Assembly (NCBI RefSeq): GCF_006345805.1
Contig: NW_021833228.1
Coordinates: forward strand, 62,001-126,000
Reading direction: 5' to 3'
From: Octopus sinensis
Taxonomy: Eukaryota
Length of the DNA: 64,000 nt
The notes beneath the pieces are model-generated. The model made no database searches, had not been told where the DNA came from, and saw nothing but the letters and a program-made list of their open reading frames with translations. A program made the position numbers and the translations under genes. Shown in pieces: positions 12,753 to 24,007 of this stretch. The number at the start of each line of letters is the position of its first letter. Position 1 is the first letter of the stretch.

Positions 12753-15443
12753 GTAGTTAGTGACTTTAGGATCAGGACTAGATGCACGCCCAGAAGACGA
12801 CCAACATGGAAAAGAAGGGTCTGGAAGCTTAAAGATCTTGCGAATGGACAGAGATTTAGAGACATATTACTCGAAGCCTTTGACGAAATAGAAGAGGATA
12901 TAGCTTCACACAGTGTAGAAGACAACTGGAGGTTTCTAAGGGACAACCTGCTGAGATCCACTGACCAGATATGTGGAGGGTGCAAAGTCCCCTCTCGACC
13001 CAAATAATGTGGTGGTGGAACAATGTTGTAGACAGGGCTTTTAGACAAAGAGGACAGGCTTGGAAGGACTGGAAGAACGGTGGTACCAGGGAATTGTATC
13101 AGACTGCCAGAAGGGAAGCTAGGAGGCAGGTGTATTTAGCCAGAGGGGAAGCAGATAAGAAAAAATTTGCCAATGTTCTGCGCCGTGAGGACCAAAGACT
13201 TGAGGTATTTCATGTTACCAGACAGTGTGTGAGAGAGAATGGTGATGTGGTAGGAAAGAAATGTGTTTGCATGGATGATGGTTCACTTGCGCTAAATGAG
13301 GATGCAAAGAGAGAGGTTTGGAGACGTCACTATGAAAGGTTGCTCAATAAAGAAAATGAATCGGAGAAAGAGGGTTTGCCGAATGTCGACCCAACAGAGG
13401 GACCAGCTATCCGAGTTGACAGTACCTTGGAAGATAAGGCAATTAGAAGTATGAAGACAGGGAAAGCCCCAGGCCCATCAGGAATTACTGCAGAGATGCT
13501 CAAAATATCTGGTAGTGTCAGTTATAGCCTAGTCACCCATATAGTTCACCAGGTGAAACACAAAGGAGTCATACCCAATGGTGTAGCAGCATAATAGTCA
13601 ACTGCTATAAAGGTAAAGGTGATGCTTTAGATACAAATAATTACAGAGGTATCAAGTTGTTGGATCGGGTAATGAAGATCACGGAGAGAGTCATAGCAAG
13701 CCATGTACAGGGAAGCTGCCAGGAGGTGAGTGTTGGCATTGAGTACACTGAAGAATTCAGAGTAGAGGTAGGGGTCCACCAAGGTTCAGTCCTCAGCCCC
13801 CTCCTATTATCATAGTCCTCCAGGCAATAACGGAGGAATTCAAGACAGGATGCCCCTGGGAGCTCCTCCATGCTGACGACATTGCTCTACTTACTGAGTC
13901 ACTATCAGAACTGGAGGAGAAGTTTCAAGTGTGGAAACAAGGATTAGAATTTAGCTAAAACTAAAGTCCTAATAAGTAGGAAGGCAGGCAAACAACAACT
14001 CCCTTCAGGTACTTAGCCCTGCTCGATCTGTAGAAAAGGTGTAGGTAGAAACTCTATAAGATGAACCTAGTGTAATCTATGGACACATAAGAGGTGCAGC
14101 AATATCAAAGGAAGGTTAACTGGGAAGATAGTTTTTGTATGTGGCAGATGCTGAGGAGCAATAAACACTGAAAATGTGCAGAGAACAACTTCCGCCACAT
14201 TCTAGGGGGAATAACTAGAAGTAGTTGATAGCTTTCGTTACCTTGGTAACCAAGTCAGTTGTGGGGGAGGGTGCGCTGAAAGTGTAGCTGCTAAAATAAA
14301 AATAGGTGGCCAAAGTTCAGAGAGCTCTTACCTCTGCTGGTGACTAAAGGCCTCTCGCTCAGAGTAAAAGGCAGACTGTATGATGCATGTGTATGAACAG
14401 CCATGCTACATGGCAGTGAAACATGGGCCGTGAATGCTGAGGATATGCGTAAGCTCGCAAGAAATGAAGCCAGTATGATCCGATGGATGTGTAATGTCAG
14501 TGTTCATAATCGACAGAGTGTAAGTACCTTGAGAGGAAAGTTTGACCTTAGACGCATCAGATGTCGTGTGCAAGAGGGACGATTGCGCTGGTATGGTCAT
14601 GTGGCGAGAATGGATGTCGATAGCTGTGTGAGAAAGTGCCACACCCTAGCAGTTGAGGGAACCTGTGGAAAAGGTAGACCCAGGAAGACCTGGGATGAGG
14701 TGGTGAAGCATGACCTTCAAACATTGGGCCTCACCGAGGCAATGACTAGTGACCGGGACCTCTGGAAATATGCTGTGCTTGATAAGACTTGGCAAGCCAA
14801 ATGAGACCATAACCTTGTGGCCTGTGCCAGGGGTGTAACCAGCCTTATTATGCGTACCTTTCCTTCTTTGGTCACTAAACTCTGCTTGCGAAGACCTGTT
14901 GAGGCAAGTGAAATCGAAATAGAAATCAAAGTGAAATTCGATGACGTGCACGAGCACCATACGAGTGTGATCGTTGACAGAGCAGCTAACTGGCTTCCGT
15001 GCCAGTGGCACATAAAAGACACCATTCAAGTGTGATCGTTACCATCTTTGCCTTACTGGCACTTGTGCCCTATGCTAATAGGGTGCCAAGATCACCATCT
15101 GAGCGTGGTCGTTGCCAGAGAGGCTAACTGGCTTCTGTGCCGGTGGCGTATAGGAGGCACCATTCGAACGGGATCATTACCAGCATCACCTTACTGGCAC
15201 CTTTGCTGTTGGCATGTGTAAAAAGATTCGAGCGAGGTCGTTGCCAGTACCACCTGACTGGCCCCCGTGCCAGTGGCACTTAAAAGCACCCACAACATTC
15301 TCAGAGTGGTTGGCTTTAGGAAGGGCATCCAGCTGTAGATCAAGACTGGGGCCTGGTGCAGCCATTTGGTTCACCAGCTCAAAATCAAACCGTCCAACCC
15401 ATGCTAGCATGGAAAGCGAACGTTAAACGATGATGATGATGAT
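12753..15443 (+). mobile_element. 5'-truncated degenerate RTE LINE
   Basis: End of APE, GKAPGPSG, partly deleted RT, broken PHD-like finger, RLRWYGHV; (GAT)n tail runs into (TA)n. Confidence 0.9.
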
Positions 15444-15749
15444 ATATATATATATATATATATATCAGATCCCTGATTTAGGATTCGCGCAACATCTGCC
15501 TGCAGTTATTAGACCAATATCACATTCCTAAACATAAAATCCACTCCACTCTCGCCCTCCATTCCCATTATTTTGTAAGGCGCAGAACCCGAATGATGCG
15601 ACGGCGTCAAGCATCATGTTTGACTATAGGACGGCACGTGTGAACGTATGACTCAGATTGTGTAAAAATGGGTGTATACAGCTACGTCAAGGGACACGTG
15701 AGCTCTAAATTCATTGCGTATGTTCATATCAAAGGACAGGCGTTCCTGT

Positions 15750-15944
15750 ATATTATATTATATATATATGTGTGTGTGTGTATGTACATATGTATATATG
15801 CATATATATATATATGCGTGTGTGTGAAAAAATATAAATAATGTATATGTATGCATATAATATATATATATATAAAAATATATACATGTATATATATAAA
15901 TCTATATACATATATATATATAGATTTATATATATACATGTGTA

Positions 15945-15980
<36 letters not shown>

Positions 15981-16070
15981 CTATCATTATGACCCGTCGT
16001 TGCTGGGTCATAGTGCTAGTGCATGTATATATGTGTACATATTACATGTATATATATATATATATATATA
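15750..16070. repeat. Compound (TA)n/(TACA)n microsatellite with embedded 40-bp hairpin
   Basis: Directly visible; hairpin tatgaccc/gggtcata at about 15986-16012. Confidence 0.9.
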
Positions 16071-16355
16071 TAATTTCAACAATTGAGGGTAAAATTAATT
16101 AATTAATCAATTTCACCAAGTATTCAGTATGCAAAGGGACCATTTAAGGCGAATTCAAATTATTACATTATATAAAAGGGCTTAGTAAAATAAATTACTT
16201 TGCCGCATACTGAACTCATTAGAAATAGCAGCCAAAAAAACTTTTTTAAAACTATTTCTAATACTTAAAGAAAACCTCTCTCATATAGTGTTTGCTCAAT
16301 TCAACTCACGAAAGTATGGGGGTAGAGACATTAAAAAATCAAATGCAAAGGTTAT

Positions 16356-16408
16356 TGAGAACGTACGTTTCAAGATTAGTCAAACTCGACATTTCTATCA
16401 TCAGCTCA
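16356..16408 (-). ncRNA. Minimal type I hammerhead ribozyme motif, copy 1
   Basis: Minus strand reads TGAG-CTGATGA-(26-nt helix II)-GAAA-CGTACG-T-T-CTCA: 4-bp helix I, palindromic helix III (ACGTACGT), GUU triplet. Confidence 0.7.
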
Positions 16409-16913
16409 GAACTCCCTGGTTTGGATTTGAAAACACTGAAAGTGGGAGCATACCCTTTCGGCTTCTTATCGCTTCTGAAGATCTGCTCGAAACTAACAGT
16501 GCCAGCAAACTCAAATATGCAAGCAAAGAATTTTTGCTCTCCCCTTTCCACCAGCGTGGGTTAAAATCAGCAAACACTATGCTTTTTTCGGTAAAATCCG
16601 AGGCATTTAAATAGAGAGAGATGAATTATAATTTCAACAATTGAGGGTAAAATTAATTAATTAATCAATTTCACCAAGTATTCAGTATGCAAAGGGACCA
16701 TTTAAGGCGAATTCAAATTATTACATTATATAAAAGGGCTTAGTAAAATAAATTACTTTGCCGCATACTGAACCCATTAGAAATAGCAGCCAAAAAAACT
16801 TTTTTAAAACTATTTCTAATACTTAAAGAAAACCTCTCTCATATAGTGTTTGCTCAATTCACTCACGAAAGTATGGGGGTAGAGACATTAAAAAATCAAA
16901 TGCAAAGGTTATT

Positions 16914-16966
16914 TGAGAACGTACGTTTCAAGATTAGTCAAACTCGACATTTCTATCATCAGCTCA
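16914..16966 (-). ncRNA. Minimal type I hammerhead ribozyme motif, copy 2
   Basis: Identical 53-nt motif, 558 bp from copy 1. Confidence 0.7.
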
Positions 16967-17602
16967 GAACTCCCTGGTTTGGATTTGAAAACACTGAAAG
17001 TGGGAGCATACCCTTTCGGCTTCTTATCGCTTCTGAAGATCTGCTCGAAACTAACAGTGCCAGCAAACTCAAATATGCAAGCGAAGAATTTCTGCTCTCC
17101 CCTTTCCACCAGCGTGGGTTAATGTCTTTACCCCCATACTTTCGTGAGTTGAATTGAGCAAACACTATATGAGAGAGGTTTTCTTTAAGTATTAGAAATA
17201 GTTTTAAAAAAGTTTTTTTAGCTGCTATTTCTAATGAGTTCAGTATGCGGCAAAGTAATTTATTTTACTAAGCCCTTTTATATAATGTAATAATTTGAAT
17301 TCGCCTTAAATGGTCCCTTTGCATACTGAATACTTGGTGAAATTGATTAATTAATTAATTTTACCCTCAATTGTTGAAATTATAATTCATCTCTCTCTAT
17401 TTAAATGCCTCGGATTTTACCGAAAAAAGCATAGTGTTTGCTGATTTTAGCCCACGCTGGTGGAAAGGGGAGAGCAGAAATTCTTCGCTTGCATATTTGA
17501 GTTTGCTGGCACTGTTAGTTTCGAGCAGATCTTCAGAAGCGATAAGAAGCCGAAAGGGTATGCTCCCACTTTCAGTGTTTTCAAATCCAAACCAGCGAGT
17601 TC

Positions 17603-17655
17603 TGAGCTGATGATAGAAATGTCGAGTTTGACTAATCTTGAAACGTACGTTCTCA
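17603..17655 (+). ncRNA. Minimal type I hammerhead ribozyme motif, copy 3
   Basis: tgag 17603-06, CTGATGA 17607-13, GAAA 17640-43, cgtacgt, predicted cleavage after T17651, ctca 17652-55. Confidence 0.7.
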
Positions 17656-18157
17656 AATAACCTTTGCATTTGATTTTTTAATGTCTCTACCCCCATACTT
17701 TCGTGAGTTGAATTGAGCAAACACTATATGAGAGAGGTTTTCTTTAAGTATTAGAAATAGTTTTAAAAAAGTTTTTTTGGCTGCTATTTCTAATGAGTTC
17801 AGTATGCGGCAAGGTAATTTATTTTACAAAGCCCTTTTATATAATGTAATAATTTGAATTCGCCTTAAATGGTCCCTTTGCATACTGAATACTTGGTGAA
17901 ATTGATTAATTAATTAATTTTACCCTCAATTGTTGAAATTATAATTCATCTCTCTCTATTTAAATGCCTCGGATTTTACCGAAAAAAGCATAGTGTTTGC
18001 TGATTTTAACCCAGTGGTGGAAAGGGAGAGCAGAAATTCTTCGCTTGCATATTTGAGTTTGCTGGCACTGTTAGTTTCGAGCAGATCTTCAGAAGCGATA
18101 AGAAGCCGAAAGGGTATGCTCCCACTTTCAGTGTTTTCAAATCCAACCAGGGAGTTC

Positions 18158-18210
18158 TGAGCTGATGATAGAAATGTCGAGTTTGACTAATCTTGAAACG
18201 TACGTTCTCA
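18158..18210 (+). ncRNA. Minimal type I hammerhead ribozyme motif, copy 4
   Basis: Identical motif 555 bp downstream of copy 3. Confidence 0.7.
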
Positions 18211-18685
18211 AATAACCTTTGCATTTGATTTTTTAATGTCTCTACCCCCATACTTTCGTGAGTTGAATTGAGCAAACACTATATGAGAGAGGTTTTCTTT
18301 AAGTATTAGAAATAGTTTTAAAAAAGTTTTTTTGGCTGCTATTTCTAATGGGTTCAGTATGCGGCAAAGTAATTTATTTTACTAAGCCCTTTTATATAAT
18401 ATATATATATATATATATATATTCACTCATCGAGCAGCGATGGCCAAACCTAGATAAGCTAAGAATTTGTTTTCACTTCTTGACCACTCGTACAACATTT
18501 GCCTCTAACAAAAATGTATTATCTATTTACTAATCTGCTTGTTGTTTCCTTTCGTGAGCTAAGCTGTTGTTGATTTTCATTTTTTAGTCCCGTCTCGTAA
18601 TAATTCGTCCCTATGCGCTGATAATTTCTTCTTTCTTTCCTTCTTTCTTCCTTGTGCTTTTCCATACATCTCTCTGAATCAAACT

Positions 18686-21600
18686 TCGCCATTCGCGGTG
18701 CACCTGCCCTTTCCCACCCCCACCACCAATACCAGATATCTATCTATATATTTCTCCATCTATACCGGATATCCCTTCTCCCACCACCATTATGGGTGTC
18801 TACTCGAACCCCTCCTCCTCACTCGAACCCCTACTCCTATTTCACTCTGTATTACCTCTGCTTATCTTCCACTGCTTCCGGCCCCCCCCCCCTCACGTTC
18901 AATTTTGTCTAGAACCTGCCACCACTTCTACCTGTCATCGTTTCTCCCAACACCCCTCCCCACTGGTGCCCCCCCCTATATTACCTGCACTTTCTCCCCC
19001 CACTCTCTCTTCTCCCTGCTGGAACCCCCCTCCCCACCCCCAGCCCATCTCTAGAATATCCATGTTTCTGCTACACTGCTTAAACCACGTCGCTCAATGA
19101 CCATAATGCTTGCTTATAATACTAACACCTAGAATTTCAGTATTTCTACCACAGAGCTTACATCTACACCAATGACTTTAGTGCTTGTGCTTACAATGCT
19201 GCTAACACCTGACCCTGCCTACCGCAGGGGCCAGAACCTTAACATGCCTAAATGCTTGAATGTTGTCAGGTCAGAAGAGAGAGAGATCAGATGAAAATGC
19301 CTAAAAATCGATCACCGCCACCACAACAACCCTCTTCTTTTCAGGCACTGAATTGTACCCCTCCTCCCCACATCTCCTTCCCAGTTTTCAGAGTTGGCAC
19401 TGTCAATGTTGGTACACTGAAAGGTAAGTCTAGTGAGATTGTAGAGATGCTTGAGAGAAGACGGGTTGATGTATGCTGCATACAAGAGGTAAGGTGGAGA
19501 GGTGCTTCAGCCAGGGTCCTCACAGGCAAGGCACATAGGTATAAAGTCTTCTGGCAAGGTAACATGGATGGGGTAGGGGGTGTAGGCATTCTCCTTGCGG
19601 ATAAATGGGTAGATAAGGTCATAGAGGTTGTCAGGGTTTGCGACAGAGTGCTTAAGCTCAGGTTAGTCCTACAGAGTGGCACAGCTACGATTATCTCCGC
19701 CTATGCCCCACATGCGGGGCTACCAAATGATCAGAAGGACCACTTTTATGATACCCTTCTACAGGCTACCTCAAAGACTAGTGGCAAGGACCTCATCTTT
19801 GTGGGTGGAGACTTTAATGGGCATGTTGGGCGGGAATCGGGTATCTTCACTGGGGTACACGGTGGCCATGGTATTGGCACCAGAAATGATGAGGGAACTA
19901 GACTACTGGAATTCTGTGATGCATCTAACCTTTTAATCTGCAACACTAACTTCAGGAAGCCTGACTGCCACCTTATAACTTATCAGTCAGGAAACTCCGC
20001 TAGCCAAATAGACTTCATCCTCACCAGACAGCGGGATGCAGGGTTGCTCTTAAATACAAAGACCCTCCCGGCTGAAGAATGTACCCCTCAGCATAGGCTA
20101 ATCATTAGTGACTTTAGGCTCGAGGCCAGAAGGACTCCAAAAAGCAGACCAATCCAGAAAAAAAGGATTTGGAAGTTAAAGAACCCTTCACATGGTCAGA
20201 GATTTAGGGACATCCTCATCAAGAAATTTGATGAGAGGGAGGAGGAGCTACTGACGTCGGACATAGAAGGTAGCTGGAAATTCCTACGGGACAGCTTGCT
20301 GAGTGACACAGACCAAGTCTGTGGATGGTGCAAAGTCCCTTCCAGACCTAGAGTTACGTGGTGGTGGAATAGTACAGTAGACAAAGCCATTAGTTCTAAG
20401 AAACAGGCCTGGAGAGCCTGGAGGGATGGGGGTAGCAGGGAACCGTACCAAGTAGCCAAAAGGGAGGCCGGGCGGCAGGTATACATAGCCAAAGATGTAG
20501 CAGAAAAGAAGTTTGCCAATGTCCAGCGACGTGAGGACCATAGAACTGAGGTATTTCGGATTGCTAGACAGTCTGTGAGAGAAAATAGTGATGTTACAGG
20601 AGAGAAATGTGTCCGCATGGATGATGGGGCACTTGTTTAATGTTGGTGAAAAGAAAGAGGCTTGGAGAAGCCATTATGAAAGACTGCTGAATGTGGAGAA
20701 TGAATGGGAGGAGGAGAGCCTGCCAAATGTTGACCCAGTAGAGGGACCAGCTATCCAAATAGACAGCTCCCTTGTAGTTAAGGCAATTAAGGGTATGAAA
20801 CCAGGTAAAGCCCCCCGGCCCATCAGGTATCACTGCTGAGATGCTTAAAACAGCTGGTTATGTGGGCTATGGCCTAGTCACCCGCATTGTAAACCAGGTA
20901 GTTCATAATGGAGTCATACCCAATGACTGGCGTAGCAGCACCATAGTCAACTGCTACAAGGGTAAGGGTGATGCTCTAGATAGAAATAACTACAGGGGTA
21001 TTAAACTGTTGGATCAGGTGATGAAGACCACAGAGAGGGTCATAACCCATCTCATTAGGGAGAGAATTTGCTTAGATGAGATGCAGTTCGGTTTTGTGCC
21101 AGGTAGAAGCACCACTGATGCTATATTCCTGGTCCGACAACTGCAGGAGAGGAAGTACCTAGCTAAAGATAAACCCCTCTACATAGCTTTTGTGGACTTG
21201 GAGAAAGCCTTTGACAGGGTTCCCTGATCCCTTATCTGGTGGTCGATGTGGAAACTGTGATTGACGAATGGCTAATAAGGGCTGTACAGGCTCTATACAG
21301 AGAGGCTGTCAGCAAGGTTAGGATTGGCAACGAATATAGTGAAGAATTCCGGGTAGAAGTAGGTGTACACCAAGGCTCAGCCCTCAGTCCCCTTTTATTC
21401 ATCATAGTCCTCCAGGCAATAACAGAGGAATTCAAAACAGGTTGCCCCTGGGAGCTCCTCTATGCTGATGACCTAGCCCTCGTAGCAGAATCACTACCGG
21501 AACTAGAAAAGAAATTTCGGGTGTGGAAACAAGGGTTAGAATCAAAGGGCCTTAGAATAAATGTAGCGAAGACCAAAGTTATAGTAAGCAGAAAGGCGAA

Positions 21601-22818
21601 CTCAGCACACACCTCATTGAGCAGGTGGCCCTGCTCAATCTGTAGGAAAGGTGTAGGTAGAAACTCCATAAGATGCACCCAATGTAAGCTATGGATACAT
21701 AAGAGGTGCAGCAACATTAAAGGGAAATTAACTGATAAGATAGCTTTCATGTGCGGCAGATGCACAGGGACAATAGACACCACAGATACTCAGAAAACAG
21801 ATTCCATCACACTCCAAGGGGAGAAACTAGAAGTAGTTGATAGTTTCCGCTACCTGGGTGACCAAGTTAGTAGTGGAGGTGGATGCTCAGAGAGTGTCAC
21901 CACTAGAATACGAATAGCCCGGGCAAAGTTTAGAAAGCTCCTACCCCTACTGGCGACAAAGGGCCTCTCGCTCAGAGTGAAAGGTAAATTGTATGATGCA
22001 TGTGTGCGAACTGCCATGCTTCACGGTAATGAAACATGGGCGGTGACTGCAGAGGACATGCGTAGACTTGAAAGAAATGAAGCTAGCATGATCCGCTGGA
22101 TGTGTAATGTCAGTGTGCACACACGACAGTGAAAGCGCCCTGAAAGAAATGCTAGACATAAGAAGCATCAGATGCGGTGTGCAAGAGCGACGCTTGCGAT
22201 GGTATGGTCATGTACTGCGGATGGATGAGGAGAGATGTGTGAAGAAGTGTCGCTCCCAAACAGTTGAAGGAATCAGGGGGAGAGGTAGACCCAGGAAGAC
22301 ATGGGATGAGGTAGTCAAGCCTCACTGAGGCAATGGCGAAGGACCGAGATCTCTGGAGATGTGCTGTGACTACAAAGACCCGGGACGCTTCCGGCTCCAG
22401 TTCCGCATAGCCTCTGCCCATTCAAAGTACCTTGGATCCCAGAACATCTCACTGTGCTTGAGGAGACCTGTTGAGTCAAGTGCATGTACATGAACATCGA
22501 AGCAAATATCAATGGAAATAGTAGTTGTGATAGCTGTGCCGGTGGCACATAAAAAGCACCATCCGAACGTGGCCGATGCCAGCGCCACCTTGGCTGGCTT
22601 CCGTGCCGGTGGCACGTTAAAAGCACCAACCGGTCGTGGCCGTAAAAAGCACCCACTACACTTGCGGAGTGGTTGGCGTTAGGAAGGGCATCCAGCTGTA
22701 GAAACACTGCCAGATCAGACTGGAGCCTGGTGCAACCCTGGCTTCCCAGACTCCGGTCGAACCGTCCAACCCGTGCTAGCGCGGAAAACGGACGTTAAAC
22801 GATGATGATGATGATGAT
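18686..22818 (+). mobile_element. Near full-length RTE-clade LINE (APE-RT-PHD) with several frameshifts
   Basis: C-rich 5' UTR. APE motifs VGTVNVGTL, IQEVRW, SAYAPH, GDFNGHVG, SQIDFIL; RT motifs NYRGIKLL, QFGFVPGRSTTDAIF, FVDLEKAFDRVP, GVHQGSALSPLLF, YADD; (GAT)6 tail. Confidence 0.95.
19252..22330 (+). pseudogene. RTE single ORF (endonuclease-reverse transcriptase), broken into about 4 frames
   Basis: ORFs 19252-20640, 20841-21227, 21239-22132 and 22107-22328 are collinear pieces. Confidence 0.9.
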
Positions 22819-23640
22819 CTACACATAAAATACAAAATACAAAGTTATATCTTGATATCGCTAGTGATAACAATACTCAAAATATATAACAGATTGGAAT
22901 TGTTAGCCCGTCTCTTGTAATTTCGATCAATTGTATCTTGTCCTCCCTCTTGTATAGAAGTGTGGCTACAATCCAGCCAACCTCTATTTCTGGGGGGGGG
23001 GGGTGCATTTAAAATTTTTTTCAGGGACGTCCTACGTCCCAGATATAAAGGTAAAAATAAAATATTTCCACTTTGCAAGTTCGAGTCGAGTACTCCCTTG
23101 CACGCTCCATTGACTCGAACCTTGCTTCTATTGTGGCGAATTTACCGCCTCTGATTAGATATATTTCATAGTCGCACCAAGACACTTTTCGAAGGTGCTT
23201 TCCTCCATGTGTTCAAATCTTTTCTTTTTCTCTACATTGTATACTTTATAGACAATAGTCTTTTCTTTAATTTTATTTTTTATTTCATTTGGTTGTATTA
23301 TCCTATATTCACTATCTTTATCGGTGATCAATCTGAAATATTTCTTCCATTTTAATTTTAATGAGTTCGCGCCCGCCGACGGCTGCAGCGAAATTAATTT
23401 TTGGACTTTCTTCTATCGAAGGCATTCTAACAAAAATGCTTCTGTATAAATGGTGAAAATATTGTCAATTTCCCCAAACAGGTACACAATTCAATTTTTA
23501 AACAATAACCAAAACTTCTTCTTCCAAAGGGGGAGGGTTACAGTTTACAATTATTTAACAAAGACTGGTATCCGACTCCCTACGAAAAATACGAATACGA
23601 AATATAATCCAAGCTAAGCAATCTATATTAATTTCAACCC
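22819..23640 (-). pseudogene. ORF1 (gag-like) fragment of an L1/Tx1-lineage element, family D, uninterrupted copy
   Basis: RGGKFATIEARF...LFLPLYLGRRT is homologous to RGKRYGTVEVRF...LLPLYKGKRT of the ORF1 at about 45320. About 94% identical by eye to 55111-55495. Confidence 0.7.
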
Positions 23641-24007
23641 GTGTACCTACTTAACTATCTGCAACTGATCTGATCTTTTAGTTAGCCCTGTGTTATCTCT
23701 ATTAGTATTATTGTTATGACTTGTGAAATTTAGCCTCACGCCTTGTGTCTTTTTTATATGTACATATATTCTATAGTTCATCTTAATTATATATCGTTGT
23801 CTCATGTCTTTGTTAAATATATATTTAATCTTAAAGCTTGCCCCTAATTTTATTTTATTTATATCGATCAGTCTCACGCCTCGTAGATATATATAAATGT
23901 ATTTTAAATTTATAGCTCCTTACCGTCCACGCTTCTCCCATAGATTAGGCAAAATTTAGGTATTTATTTATAGCTACTAATAACTATTTCTCTCCTAAGA
24001 AAGGAAT

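Larger units (their letters stand above)
16071..18400. mobile_element. Divergent tandem/inverted array of a ~558-bp hammerhead-containing monomer (retrozyme- or Penelope pseudo-LTR-like)
   Basis: taatttcaac recurs at 16071 and 16629 (period 558). Inversion junction at TTAA 17119-17122, followed by reverse-complement units 17119-17382, 17383-17941 and 17942-18400. (TA)n on both sides. Confidence 0.85.

Noticed and set aside
15724-16102. YI/VC/HT-rich ORFs here and at 28.5, 33.8-34.7, 41.5-42.5, 55.3-55.9, 59.9, 61.4 and 62.8-63.2 kb
   Set aside because: Translations of TA/GT/CA microsatellites.
16475-16500. Second hammerhead candidate CTGAAGA-tctgctc-GAAAC on the opposite strand of the monomer
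   Set aside because: No helix II pairing, the putative triplet is GUG, and there is no helix I complement.
16288-16614. ~108-aa ORFs in the 558-bp monomer
   Set aside because: Non-ATG starts, reading frame differs between near-identical copies through 1-nt indels, and no recognisable motif; the unit is better explained as non-coding.
17119-17122. TTAA at the inversion centre as a piggyBac footprint
   Set aside because: No CCC...GGG TIRs or duplicated TTAA; TTAA is present in both parental unit positions, so it is simple microhomology.
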